Source: Selaginella moellendorffii (lineage: Eukaryota > Plantae > Lycopodiophyta). Taken from it: DNA of 64,000 nt. Location of the stretch: NCBI RefSeq assembly GCF_000143415.4, contig NW_003314261.1, positions 1,750,117 to 1,814,116 on the forward strand. Reading direction: 5' to 3'. Of the stretch, positions 37,160 through 50,385 are shown in pieces. The position numbers and the translations under genes are program-made. The notes under the pieces were generated by a model that saw nothing but the letters and a program-made list of their open reading frames with translations, did not search any database and was not told the origin of the DNA. The first letter of the stretch is position 1; each line of letters begins with the position of its first letter.

Positions 37160-39629
37160 TCAAGCTCCTGGTCCATCTTCCACAGCCGTATACATCAAGG
37201 AGGCATTGGGCCCGTCACTCCGAGATAGTACACCTTTCAACTGGCTGACATAAAATACCGAATGAATTTTCACCCCAGCTGGCAGCCGCACCCAATAAAC
37301 CGCTTTACCAATGCGCTCTAGCACTTCATATGGACCAGCATATCGATAGGAAAGTTTATCACTCTTCCCTGTCCATAAAGGCACCAAGGTGTTCCGCCGC
37401 TCACTTGACGGAAAGATCACTCGCACAAAGACGAGATCACCCACCTTATATTCTCGGAATTGGCGATGCTTATTGGCAAACTTCTCTGCTCTATCCTGAG
37501 CTACTTGCAAATTCCGTTTGCACACCACTAGAATCTCATCAAGTTCTGTGGCCAGATCAGTTGCCTCAGAATCAAGCTTATCTTGAACGTCCTTACTCAA
37601 ATGCAATCCCAACTCCACCGCTGTTCGAGGATGCCTTCCAAACATAGCAAAGTAAAGACTTAGCTTGGTTCCACTGTGTTAGCTATTGTTATAAGCAAAT
37701 TGCACCAATGGAAGATATAGATCCCATTGTCCTTGCCTTTGACCAATACTACAACATAGCATATCCTCCACCACTTGATTCACACACTCAGTTTGCCCAT
37801 CTGTCTGAGGATGATCTCCACTCGAGAGTTTCAAAGTCACTTGCATAGCCTTTGCAAAGCTTTTCCAAAATCCACTGGTGAACTTTGAATCTCGATCACT
37901 AATGATGTCCTTTAGCAAACCAAAATCAGGAAAAACCTTCTCCAAATAAACCGCAGCCAAGTCTGAGGCAATGACAATCTTCCGAAGAGCCAACAATTGC
38001 ACATACTTTGTCAACCGATCCACTATGACCCATACTTGCTCCTTTTGCCTCTGTGTTCGTGGCAAACAAGTGATAAAGTCCATAGAGATACTACACCAAT
38101 GACTTTGAGGAATAGGTAAAGGTTGCAAAAGTCCCCCTGGCTTCTCCCATAGCACCTTAACCTGCTAACAAAGCTCGCATGATTTACAATACTTGAGGAT
38201 ATCAGCCTTCATATTCCTCCAATAAAAGTTGTGCTTAATCAACTCATACGTCTTCTTCCCCCCAAAATGACCAGCCTCTGGACGATCATGATAGTGGAAT
38301 AAAACTTGAGTAATCAACACATCCACCCATGGCAAATATACACAGCCATTGTAGTAGAGAATCCCATCCACAAATGAGAAAGGGGCTTCCATCTGGGCTC
38401 GCAAAGAGGCCACCTCAGCATCTTGAGTCTGAGCATGCTCAACCAATTGCCCAAACTCGCTGACCACCTTACTCAAATAATGACAAAATCGTTGTCGTAA
38501 CGTCATCACATGACAAACATGAGATAAAGCATTTGCCACCACATTTGATTTTCTTGAACGATGCTCAATAGGAAACTCCCCAAACTCCATGAGTTTGACC
38601 ATCTAACGAGCTTGCCTAGTGTTCAACTCCTTCTGTGTGAAAAGATACTCAAGTGGTTTGTGATCTATCAACACCACGAACACTGCACCATAAAGATAGT
38701 GCTGCCACGTTCGCAAAGCATGAACAATAGAGAGTAACTCTTGCTCATATGTGGAATAGCGTTGCTCCGCAGAATTCAAAGTTCGGCTCTCATATGCAAT
38801 AGGCTGTCCCTCTTGCATGAGAACTCCTCCCAGTGCATAACCACTCGCATCGCATGTCACCTCGTAAAGTTTCGATGGATCAGCAATGCGAAGCACTAGA
38901 GTCTCACTCAACAATCGTTTCAGCACCACAAAACTCTCCTTTTGTGGCTTCTTCCACTCAAATGGCACATTCTTGCGTAACAACCGCGTCAAAGGAATAG
39001 CCACCTCTGCAAACTTATGCTGGAAATGTCGGTAGTAACTAGCCATACCAAGAAAACTGTGCAACTGGCAAGTTTTCCACCATAGCCACCTTCCTTGGAT
39101 CCGTCTTGACACCCTTAGATGTCACAATATGACCTAGATATTCCACCAACTTTGCAAATTCACATTTGCTCTTCTTTGCATAAAGTTTGCTGTCGCGAAG
39201 TAACAAAAGAACCTTGCGCAAATGCACCCTATGCTCCTCCATATTCTTGCTAAAAACAAGAATATTGTCCAAGAAAATCTCCACAAACTCATGAAGATAA
39301 CGCCTAAATACCTCCGTCATCAACCGAGTAAATGTGGCCGATGCATTCGTCAAACCAAACGGCATAACTGTAAACTCAAAATGTCTGAAGTTTGTGTTGA
39401 ATGCCGTCTTGGAGATAGATGCATCATCCATTGCAATCTGATGGTATCCACTCCTCAGATCAATCTTGGTAAACACTCGTGCTTCACCAAGCTTGTCCAG
39501 GATATCATCCACATGTGGCATCGGCATCTTATCCTTCACTATCTTCTTGTTCAAAGCGCAGTAGTCAATACATATTCACATTGAATCGGTCATCTTCTTC
39601 ACAAGCAAGACCGGAGCACCAAATGGAGA
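37160..39629 (-). pseudogene. pol: pol 3' part of element D (RT-RH-IN), multiple stops and frameshifts
   Basis: KIDLRSGYHQI, FLDN (degenerate YxDD), TCDASG, GHFG, SMDFI, SDRD, HPQTDGQTE, GPY. Confidence 0.88.
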
Positions 39630-41158
39630 TGTAAGCCACAAATTTTTCCTTTCCAATTTGCCAGCTTACCTCGTCTATCTGACCAACACTGCCTTGGCTT
39701 GTGCTAAGTTCCCTTGCCAAGGTTCTCGCCTATTGTACCAGCTCCTACTTGGTCCTACTTGGTTTCAGCTACTCACTGCACGAGCAACGAAGTGTTAGCC
39801 ATCCATCTACGGATTCCCAAATCTCTCCCAATCCCCCTCCCCGGGTTAGACTGGACTTAAGGTTCGGCTACACTCCCCACAGGCACAAGCAACCAAGCAC
39901 ACCAAGCCTCCAGGTTCCTAACACCCCTTGGTACAACAAGACTTGATCATGGGACCCTCTAAATCCCAAACCTTGGGTGCAACACTTGCTTCGGAATGTC
40001 GGGGCGAAACACCGTGGCCTAACGGCCCGGTATGGGTACCTCTACCCCCCCACTTCCATCCCGAAGGAAGGCCCAAGCCCCTAGGAAGGGCGAGGACCAA
40101 TGAGCCGCATGGTACTCAAGTGGGGCACCACTCCACTTGAGCTGGGAGCACTGCAGTCGGTTTCCCTTTCGGGAGTGGGAGCTGCTCTTGAGCACTTCCC
40201 TGGGTGGCCCCTCTAGCACCACCCAAGCCCATGCTCACTCCCACCCAAGGCCCCTCAGCCCCAGTCTCAACCTCAAGTCGGTTTGGAAGCCCCACTGGAG
40301 AGTTCCTTCAAGACTGGTTCTTGGACCTCACTATCCCTACTATACTTTTGGAACCCCCTACAGCCCCCCCCCCCCCCCCCGGGAGACGCACGCTTTGGGC
40401 TTTCACCCCTTGACCCGTATTAGTATTTGGATTTAGTCTCTGGCTCGATCTTGGACTCGATTTCAGATCCGACTTCGGATTCGGTCTCGGACTCGATCTC
40501 GGACTCGATCTCGGACCCGATCTCGGACCCGACCTCGAACTCGACCTCGGACTCGGTCTCGGACCCGATTTTGGATCTCGGACTCCGTCTCAAACTCGGT
40601 CTCGAACTCGGTCCCCGAGTCGGTCTCGGACTCGATTCCGGACTCTATCTCGAACTCGATCCTAGAGTCGGTCTTGGACTTGATCTTAGACTTGGTCCCA
40701 TCCGATGAACTCTTTAAAGCTCTATTTCGTTAAAGTGGGAATTGTCATTATCCCACTTGTAAAATAAGGTTTCCAAACCTTTATATAGTATATAAATATA
40801 ACAAAATTCAACTGCATTGAGGCACATGCCATTTTATTTTAAACAAGGAAATGTCTACTCAATCACTTCTCCTCCCCTTGCCACTGCTTCACCTCTCTCT
40901 TCTCCTTGTCATCGTCGTCCAATTTCTTTCCATCCTTTTAATATTGGCTCAGTTGCTCCGAGTCTAGGTGGAGCCCAAGTCCCCATTCAATCTTTACTTT
41001 CCCCTTATTAATAAAACAACTTCGTAGACTTCCAATAACATGCTGTAACACTTCTAGTATAATGCAAATCCTCTCAAAGAATTGTCTTTTAATATTAATA
41101 CAATGGCATGGAACCCCATGCCATAATAAGTTACATTTTTAAATAAATACATGCCATC

Positions 41159-42670
41159 TCAGATTGTTATTTTTTGCCTCCAACGCCTATACAATAATCT
41201 TGGAATTTCATCACTCTCCACACTATCAGGATTTAAACCCAATAGTAATGCCATCTCTTCTCTAATACGTCCACGCTCATGTTCAGTGGTCGAAGAACCC
41301 ATCCGGTTGAGTAGATTATGGAGATGCGGATAGTGTTTGGCTAGACAATATACATGCCATAAATGATGACTGGTGTCTGTCCGATCAAATGGCTTCTGAT
41401 ATACCGTTCCATTTGCCATTTGGTTGATTTCTGCAGCCACCTCCTGGAAATGGCGTGAGGCCACATGCTATGCCACATGCAACGAGGCTTACCTGCCAAG
41501 CGCTAGTTGCTAGTGCACGTCCTTGTCCTGGTTTTTGTGGCTTCTTCAGTTGAACCCAGAGCTTCCGTGTTCGTGCCAATGTCTCGTGTAGACCCGATTT
41601 GTAGCACGTTTCTTGCTTGACATTCTGCGCGTGGGAGATGTATATGATAGATCGGAGGGGCGAGTTGCCTTTTATCAGGCGGACAACTCTTTTCTTGAAG
41701 ACTTTCTTCACCTCCTTGCCCACCATAATATCCACAACTATCTCTTGCATCGCCAAGCTAGAATGCTGCCCGGAGATGGCATAGAACCGGATGTTCTGAT
41801 CGTCCAACACCTTTCTATTAATCAAGTCTGGAAACCTCATCTCACCCTTCATTGTTTGGTAGTAGGGGATCACGTCTGCGATGTCGGGTGTTACTGGACT
41901 TGCCAGCATCTTCTGCTTCAGTTTCTCCACCCACTCATCAGATACTAGCCTGTGGTTGTATTTGCTTTGGATGTCGATATGGCTCACGTCGATTGTATAT
42001 ACTTTGTTGGAATAGTAACAAGTACTATTATCTGCGACGATTTTTGCTGCCTCTTCTTGCTCTTTCTGCTCTTTGCGGCTCTTCTTTTTGGTGGGTGTAG
42101 TGTTCGAACCCGACGCAATGGCATCACCGAGTAGCTTCTTTTTTGGAGCAGGAGAGTCGGACGTCGGCTTGAGCTTGACCACCCTTTTCTGCTTCGGGGT
42201 AGTTTCTAGATCGACCCCCTTCCCCTTCACTTCGCGAACTGGAGGCACTCTCAACGGCTCAATGTTGGAATATAGTTTTTGAACATCGCCGTAGGTGAGG
42301 TCCGTGGATTCCATGTGATCTTCATAGACCTGCAGCGTCTTTGAAATTGTGGGCCTCCTGGACAACCTCTCCCTAGCTCCCTTTAGGAATTCCTCATAGC
42401 CGTTGCCCCCTCCGGGAAGCCGCTAGGATGTGCAAGGTGGATCTTGAAGGCGGACACTGTCTCTACCACAAGTGCCAGTCCATATTCTTGCATGGAACTG
42501 CATGGAGTGTCTGTCACTTGGATGAGGATCCCCATGCATTCTTTTCTCCCACCATCTGTGTTGTACAGCCTCAGATCCTCGCCTTCCATCCCGAAAGTCC
42601 AACTGGTGAGCTCCTCCCCCTTCTCTGCATCCACATTGACAGTGGCTGGAAGAAGAACGCAATTCCTCGC
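41159..42670 (-). pseudogene. Remnant of the cargo gene (ParB-like part fused to the 3' end by a ~3.9-kb deletion)
   Basis: Near-identical to 5253-5542 and 9407-10630; junction CTCCTGGAAATGGCG at ~41441-41455; 1-bp frameshift at ~42405. Confidence 0.88.
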
Positions 42671-44677
42671 CTGTTCAGAAATGCACAACAATTAGAGCTG
42701 ACAGATGAAAAGCTAGCAGCTGGAAATAACGTGAGGCCACACGCCATTCACCACTGCATCAAATGTCTTGAGGCTGCATCCTAAGATGGCGTGAGGCTAC
42801 ACGCCATCTATAACCGGACTCCACTCGAGAGCCCAATCGGTGCATGCCAATGTTGCTACTGAATGGCATGTGGCCTCATGCCATTTTCTACTTGGCCTAA
42901 AAGACATACCATTTGAAGCCGAATGGAGGCGTGACAATCGAGGCCGGACTCGCTGGCGAATGTCCACTGTGTGTGCAGTGGATTGTAGCAGCAAGGCTAC
43001 TCTGCCACTTACAGTTGGAGAGTGGCGCTGAAATCTCCCGGGACGCCAAGTGGGCTGCGTGTGGGTGGCGGAGTGGGCGGCGGAGTTGGTGGCGAAGTTA
43101 CAAACTGGGTGTGTCTTGAAGTGGACGCCGATGCACACGAGCGCGATGCGAGCGCGAGTGTGATGCAAGCGCGAGTGGACGCCGATGCACACGAGAAACC
43201 TGTAGAGAAGGTAGATGAGCGCGAATGTGATGTGATCGCGAGTGGGAGCGCGATGCGAGCGTGAGTACGAAGCAAAATGCAAAACCTAACCTCACATGCG
43301 CGAAATGTCATAACGGTTGGTAATCCCGCAATGTCATCATTCCTCGGACTTAGGCGCCACCATTAATTTCTGGATCTCCGCGCGCATGCATGCACGTGAA
43401 ATCCAAAAGAAATCCGCAACATCATCATTCCTCGAACTGCATGCACGCGAAATCCAAAAGAAAGATCATGATTGGGATATCATTTAATACCCTCGCTATA
43501 TTTATACCATGCATGATTGGATATTCCAAAGCATCTTGTATTTCCAAAAATGCCAGATATTCAGCTAAATAAAGAATGGTATACAATGTCCTTCTTGATG
43601 ACCCTGAAAAGAAGCATCTCGATCGAACACCACATGAGACCACACAAGCCTTACAATGTTTCAGGGGCATTTGCCATAGATCCGACCGTTATTTTGCTCC
43701 AAGATTCTACAGTTTGGTGTGCATTGACCTTTCCATCGACACTGCAAAGGGACATCACAATCAGATGCGGGATCACAAGAAACCAACTTCACTAACTCTG
43801 GTTTCACCAAGATCTACGTAAGGAGTTATGAAATGAAAGGACCCTCTCTATTGAAATGTCTTTATGGTCCTGACATATCAAAGGATTTTGCATCAAGTTC
43901 TGTATTTGCATGTTTATCAAGCTATTGAATTGCTAAACCCTAAACCCTAAACATGTGGAAAATGCTGCGTGAAGAAAGATGCCCTTTCTGGGCAAATGCT
44001 GTAAGAGGTAGATGCTGAGCAGTTACACGGCGAATAATCTTGGCGCGGATCACTGACATGGCATGGCAAAGTTCGAATCACTGACATGGCACAGCTGGAT
44101 CGAGGCAAGGACATGATGTGACAAAGTTCAACCTCCGACAGCAAAGTCTAGAAGCTACTCAGTTTGAAATTTGTCAGAGGAATCATAAGATCTGATTTGT
44201 CAGAGGATTTGATGTGACATTCAAGCGTGTGTTATTTTTGAATTCTCGAACTCATTCCTAGGTCTATCATTTTTGTGCGCCGTGTTCTTGGTTCCGCTGA
44301 GCACAGTGAGCGCTGCTTGTGTAAGCGGCGTTGTGAGCTGTGGTTTATGCGTCTACGAGCGGTTGCGGCATTGCGAGTGCCATTGCGAGCGGCAGTTTAT
44401 GCGAGTGGCAGTTTGTGCGAGCGGCGCTACGAGCAGTTGCGGTGTTGCGAGCGGCGCTACGAGTAGTTGCGGTGTTGCGAGCGGCACTGTCTTTGGTGTG
44501 GCTACCGCTTCCTCTTGATATTCGGCACTTGTGCTTCCTGGTATATTGACCATGGAATGGCTTAGGACCACATTTAGAAATGGCATGAGGCCACATGCCA
44601 TCTTGGGCCCTTGCAATTTCATGGCTAGCGTATTGTCATGTATGTTTTTACTTGCCTGCAGCTGTGTGTATATCAAG

Positions 44678-44869
44678 ATGGCATGAGGCCTCATGCCATC
44701 TTTGGCCCCTGCTAGCCTATTGCCATATTCCTTTTACCTTGCTGCAACTGTATATATTTTTGTGTGGGTGACTAGTCACGCACACGAAAATATATACAGT
44801 TGCAGCAAGGCAAAAGGAATATAGCAACAGGCTAGCAGGGGCCAAAGATAGCGTGAGGCCTCATGCCAT
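44678..44869. repeat. 192-bp near-perfect inverted repeat (long hairpin) bounded by the 22-bp palindrome
   Basis: Arms pair around the centre GTGACTAGTCAC (44768-44779); absent from copy 1. Confidence 0.9.
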
Positions 44870-45057
44870 TAGTGGGACCACTAATGGTATGAGGGCTCAT
44901 GCCAATTTTGTGAATGCGAAATTTCACATGGGTGTCAATAGCATGTTTGACTAATGGCATGTGGCCTCATGCTATTGAGGTTGTTTGGTATGTTATGATT
45001 TAGGCCATTCTCCAATCATTTTTTGTATGGTCTTAACTTCTTTTCTGCACTTTCAGA

Positions 45058-48000
45058 ATGGCCTTCAGGGTTGGGGAAAAGGTTTACATTTTGAATGGTG
45101 GGAAGAGAGTTGCAAAAGGGACCCTTGTGTCTATGGATCGAAACTTTGTTATACACTGTCAAAGGCTTGGGGAAGGCAATGCTGCTGTATCAGTAGAGAC
45201 TGTCTTCGATGGAAATGTGGTTGCTATTGAACGAGGAGAGATGGTCGTCGGGGTAAATGTTGTTGTTGCCTTGAAAAATCTTCAGAAGAAAGCAGATGTT
45301 AGGGACAGCGCAAGTGCGACGCATGTTCCCTCCGTGGATCTTAAGAACTGTGCTACATGGATTCAGGCAAAGGTGTTTCTAAACAACCCCGAGGGGGAGG
45401 TGGTAGCTGAGGGCTTAGCCACAGTTGTCGATCCAAGAGATGCGGTTGCTAATCAAGAATTGGGCTGGGATGATATTAGAGTTGCGATTTTAGAGGTTGT
45501 TGACACAGAAGAAAACAGTCTGACTATTGGAAGCATTGTGTGGTGGAAATTGAGGCACTTAGTGTTTGAGAATGTGAAGGATTCACAATCAAACACCACT
45601 ACAACTGATGACAGAACATCTCTTCATGGGAAAAGAAAGTACACCTTCCAAAAGCGCAGCCAAAGGGATCTGAGCAACGAACCGAAAAGGCAGAAAATGG
45701 CGATGGAGGTTCGAATGGTCTCGACAGTTGCTTGTTGCAAGCGGAGGTGCTGTCAACATGCTGATTGGGATGCTATTGAAGAGGAGAGAGCAAAATACAA
45801 GACATTGTCCTGAAAGGCAGCTCGCAATTTTGTGTATGAGGCATTACGGTCATCTGTTGATGCTTCAGAACATCAGGTGGGGGGCATGGTCTTCCAGAGG
45901 GGTTTGGTCTGCATGAAGGCATGGAGAATCATTTATGGAGTCCCTCGAACCACATTCTACAGAATCAAAACTGAGTTGGAGGAACAAAGGGTTCAACAGG
46001 CAGTCCATGGGAACGACGGTACTCACAAAACCAGGGGTCATGTTGTATATGGAGAGGCAATCTTCAAGAGGTTTGTCGAGACATGTAGCGAGGAGCAACC
46101 ACATAAAACCCACCTCTTGGAAGATGGAACTCGAGACACCCAACGAGTTCTCCCTTCCATGTATACCAAGGGGGCCATATTGGAAGATGTGAATCGGGAA
46201 CTCCAGAGTAATGGCTACAGGAAGCTGAGCCAATCTAGATTTAGTAGATTGTGGAGCAACAGGTTCAGGGATGTGAGTATAGGAAAGTACTCCAGCTTTT
46301 CAAAGTGTGACGAGTGCATTGCTATCAAAATGGCTTTGTCGAAGAATTCTTGCATCGCTCAAGAGCGAGAGACGTTGGTTAGAAGGCGGCTCGACCACAA
46401 CATTGAGCAGAGAAGCTGCAGGACTGCATATTATCATAACAAGATTCTCTCCATGGAGAGATCTGACTCTTACCTCTACATCATCCACGACAAAATGGAC
46501 CAGAAAAAGACGTGCTTACCTTGACTCAATCCTGCCCCCAAGGCAATCTCTTCATCCATGCAGCTGCCTGTGTGTCTATTTGGCATAATCGCTCATGGGC
46601 ATGGTACCCAGAACTATGGGAACTTCTTTGTACCTCTATGGGGTGGTGGGGGTGCAAATATGATGATTGCGTCCCTAGCAAAACACTTAAGGTCTCTGCA
46701 AAGTGCGCAGACTGAGCTGAACGGCCAACCCTTGCATAAGGCCCTTGTCGATCGAACCCCATACAAGGTTCAGCTGGAGGAGGAGCAAAGGCTTGCAGTA
46801 TCGCGTGGGGCCCCATGCCATCCCAGTGAATATGTTGGCCGTCAGATTGTAGGGTTATCACGTGAGGCCTCATGCCATTCCGACAAGGCTAGTCGCCCGG
46901 TGAATGCATAGCCTCATCCAAACGAAGCAGAATCTCAAGGAAGTTCTTGCGGCCGATGTGGCCTTCCACCCCATCTTCTGCTCTAAACAGACAATGCTGG
47001 CAGTGAGAACAAAAACATGTACGTCTTCGCGTACTTGGTGATGCTTGTTGCCAAAGGCATATTTGAAACGGTTACACTTGGCTTTCTCATGGTTGGGCAC
47101 ACTCATGAAGACGTCGATGCCATGTTCAGTCACCTGGCAGAGTTCCTCCGGCGATCCAATGTCCTCACCCTCCCACAACTCTATGATGAATTCCAAAATT
47201 GCATCAAAGGCACTGTTGAAGCTGCACTTGTGACAGAGGTTCCAGACTTTAAGGGGTTTGTAAGAGGCTACATCAGGGATGGATCCGAAACGCTGATTGG
47301 CCACTCCAAGCCTCTTCAGTTTCATTTCAGCATGCGTGACGGTGCTCCAGTGATGAGGTACAAGATGAGAGAATGGGACACAGTGTGGCTGCCAGTGGAC
47401 GGCATTGAACTCTTCAAGAGAGATCCCATAACTGGGGAACCTATGATTCCTCAGGGTTCCCCACGGCCAATGCACCCGGATGGACTCAAAGACCAGGAAA
47501 GTATAGTGGCCGGGATTAGACAGCATATTGCCTTCTAGAAGAGGGGGTTGGTGTTTGGTGGAGAATCCTATTTTAAGAGGTGCAAGCCTTTGCTCAAATA
47601 CTGGGAGAAGATTATATCTGCTATCCAAAATGGGCCGGTTGTATATGAAGAATTGGAAGAGTCCTTTTGGCCAGAACCCAGAGCACCAGATAGTAGCAGA
47701 ACAATGTCCTCTGGAAATGCAGTGACAGATAACGATGTTGAGGATCACTATTGTGGGCCGAGGAACAAGAAGCTGGATTCAGCATTCAATCCAGTACAGG
47801 TCTGCAAAGGAATGGTCGTGCTTGTCAGACCCAGTAATAAAAAACAAATGATATGGGTGGGGCGCTGCATCACTGATGCAGAGGAGGACGCAGAAACTAA
47901 CTCCTTCAATGTAACTGTGGAGTGGTTCAAGCCAAGTTCCAGATATACAAAGGATTGCCTAGAAAAGAGATGGGTGCTGAATCCAAGGGATCCCAGCATG

Positions 48001-48126
48001 AGCATATCGGTGGATAATGTTGTGCATGGTTGGATGCGGAAGCAGAGTGCCACCATCACCTTGCCAGACCATGCAAGAGATGCAGCAAGAGCATTCATAA
48101 CCCGGGTTCAAAGTGAGATTCATTAA
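45058..48126 (+). pseudogene. Sola-like transposase, copy 2 (five nonsense codons); extra putative 3' exons to ~49097
   Basis: Same motifs as copy 1; stops at 45811, 46522, 46909, ~46984 and 47536 are sense codons (TGG/CGA/CAG/CAA/TGG) in copy 1. Confidence 0.82.
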
Positions 48127-50385
48127 TATTCCTTTACTAAGTTTCTAATGTATTTTATTTCAAGGTGAACAATCCGAATCTGAATCAGAGGAGGCGTGAT
48201 GGCATGTGGCCTTACACCATTCCTAGGTGAGATGATACAAATAACAAGTATAAATTCTTAGTTGTTCTAGCAAATCTTACTTAAAGTTCAAGGTGAACAA
48301 GCCGAATATGAATTCATCGGATTGTTATAACAAATTGCGAGGTGATGGCATGAGGCGATACGCCATTTGAGAGTAGTAGCCATTCCTATATGAGGTGAGT
48401 GAAATATTTATTAGAAATACCTCATTCAATTGTGCACTTCTAAGTCTTGGTCCACTTAGTACTGTTTGCATGTTTTTATTTTAATTCTTTCTCTAAAATG
48501 TTATTTAGCATGTGGCTTCATGCCATTGCTCTCCACAATCATGCATTGAATTTTTCTATCCTTGCATAATACTTCTCCATATATATAGCATGTGTGCACA
48601 TGTGATATGGTTCATTAGGCCTGATATAGTGTGTGAGGTAAAACAAAGATGATGTGACATATGCATTTACCAATCACACGTGCATAAATCTAATAATATG
48701 GTGTGTGGCCCATATTAATGGCACATAAACCCATATTGTGGGCTTATGTGCTTTATGTACCATCATTCCCTTGCAGCGTGTGTGTTGGTTTCCTTTTATA
48801 ACATAACGAACTCCATATTTTAGGGTGAAGAGTGTTCTTATGGCAAGCACAAAATCTGTAAGTGAGGCAGAAAAGGAGACGGAGAAGGAGATAGGTGAAG
48901 ATGTAGAATATATAAGTCTTCCAAACTCCCCGTACTATACTCCAGGTGATCATTTTTCTGAACAAACGGCAACATTAACAACTATCGAGAACACCCCAGT
49001 AACGTCAGAGACAACAATCCAAAGCAAAACAACTGACCCGGAGAAGGATGATAGTACCGCTGAGAGTACCAAAAAGGAGGTGTCCACTAGCGCTTAGGCT
49101 TATAATGGTGTGTGCCCTCATGCTATTTACTTGATCACCAAATACCTTTTTCCCTTTGCACTAGTATATCTTAATACTGGTCTGAGAAATAGAATGGCAT
49201 GTGCCCTCAGGCCTTTTACTAAATCACCTTTGAAAGAAATGCAAGCCTCTATGTCGTAAAAAAAAGGTACTAGAGAAATTCCTTAATAATATGAATGTTA
49301 TTTAGTTTCATGAAAATACACTAAGGGTCAAATGAGTTAAATGACTTCTCCAGACTAGCAATGCCTCTTGCTACACCTTCACAATTAGATTCGTTAGAAA
49401 AAGATAACATTGAATAATATCTAAATGTTCTCACCATCAAGTTATATGTCTGGCTAATAGGAATGACGTTCATCTTGGAAAGCTCACCACACGCTCAATG
49501 AACAAACAAATAGTGTGTGCGCGCATGCCATCGCTCTTCTTTAGCTTCAGATTCAGCTTGTTCACCTTGACAATGAGATTTATTATACAACTAGATGGAC
49601 TCAGTCTGGACACAAAGTCACTGCGCTAGTCACCATGCCCCAGATATGTCTAGCCCCTGGACAAAAAACATATAATTTCACGTCATTTTCAAATACTTGA
49701 AAATTTGTACCTAGTCCCATTTTACTGAATAAATCCCACTTTAACGAAATAGAGCATTTTATCATTTTGGTCAAGCTTTTGGGGCTCCTTTAGCCTATGA
49801 CACCTCGGCGAGTTGGTTCCTTACAACTCCACCACCTATAGAAGAAGTTCGATGCCCACATCGAACGTCTCTTTTTTATCCTACGACTTGTTGACCATGT
49901 CTCCAGGGGCATCCCCCCACTTAGCGGTGTGCCTAAGTTAGCCTCCCCGGCCAAGAGCCCATGACAACGGAATATAGGTGTCCCTATACTCCTCACCTCA
50001 CCACGCCCTAATATGGGGTCGGGACTTGAATCCAGCCTTGCTTTACTAGGGGGTTGGGACTCGAACCCAACCTCCGTAGAATACGTCTACGGATTCAACA
50101 TCCCCGCAGGGAGTCGGGCGTAGCTCCCTACGCTTGGTCAACCTAGCTAACCCATGCTAATTAACTTACCTTCGGCATGCCTTCGGGTCCCAACATATGC
50201 CACTTGCTCAACTTTGCAAATTGATATTTTTAATTGAACTTTGCATAAGTACATAGAGTTCTGCCTTGCAGAAATTCCTCCACTAGATCTCGCGCGTTCG
50301 CTAGGTTCTCCTCCGGTTCCCATGTTGCTTCGCAGTGTGGAAATCCTTTCCACTTCACATGGAACTCTCTCACCTCGCGTCCTTG

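Larger units (their letters stand above)
40717..49757. mobile_element. Large TIR DNA transposon, copy 2 (9.0 kb, internally deleted), inserted in the 3' LTR of element B
   Basis: TIRs at 40717-40740 and 49734-49757; TSD TTTA at 40713-40716 and 49758-49761; empty site GAACTCTTTATCATTTTGG in the sister LTR at ~56154-56172. Confidence 0.97.
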
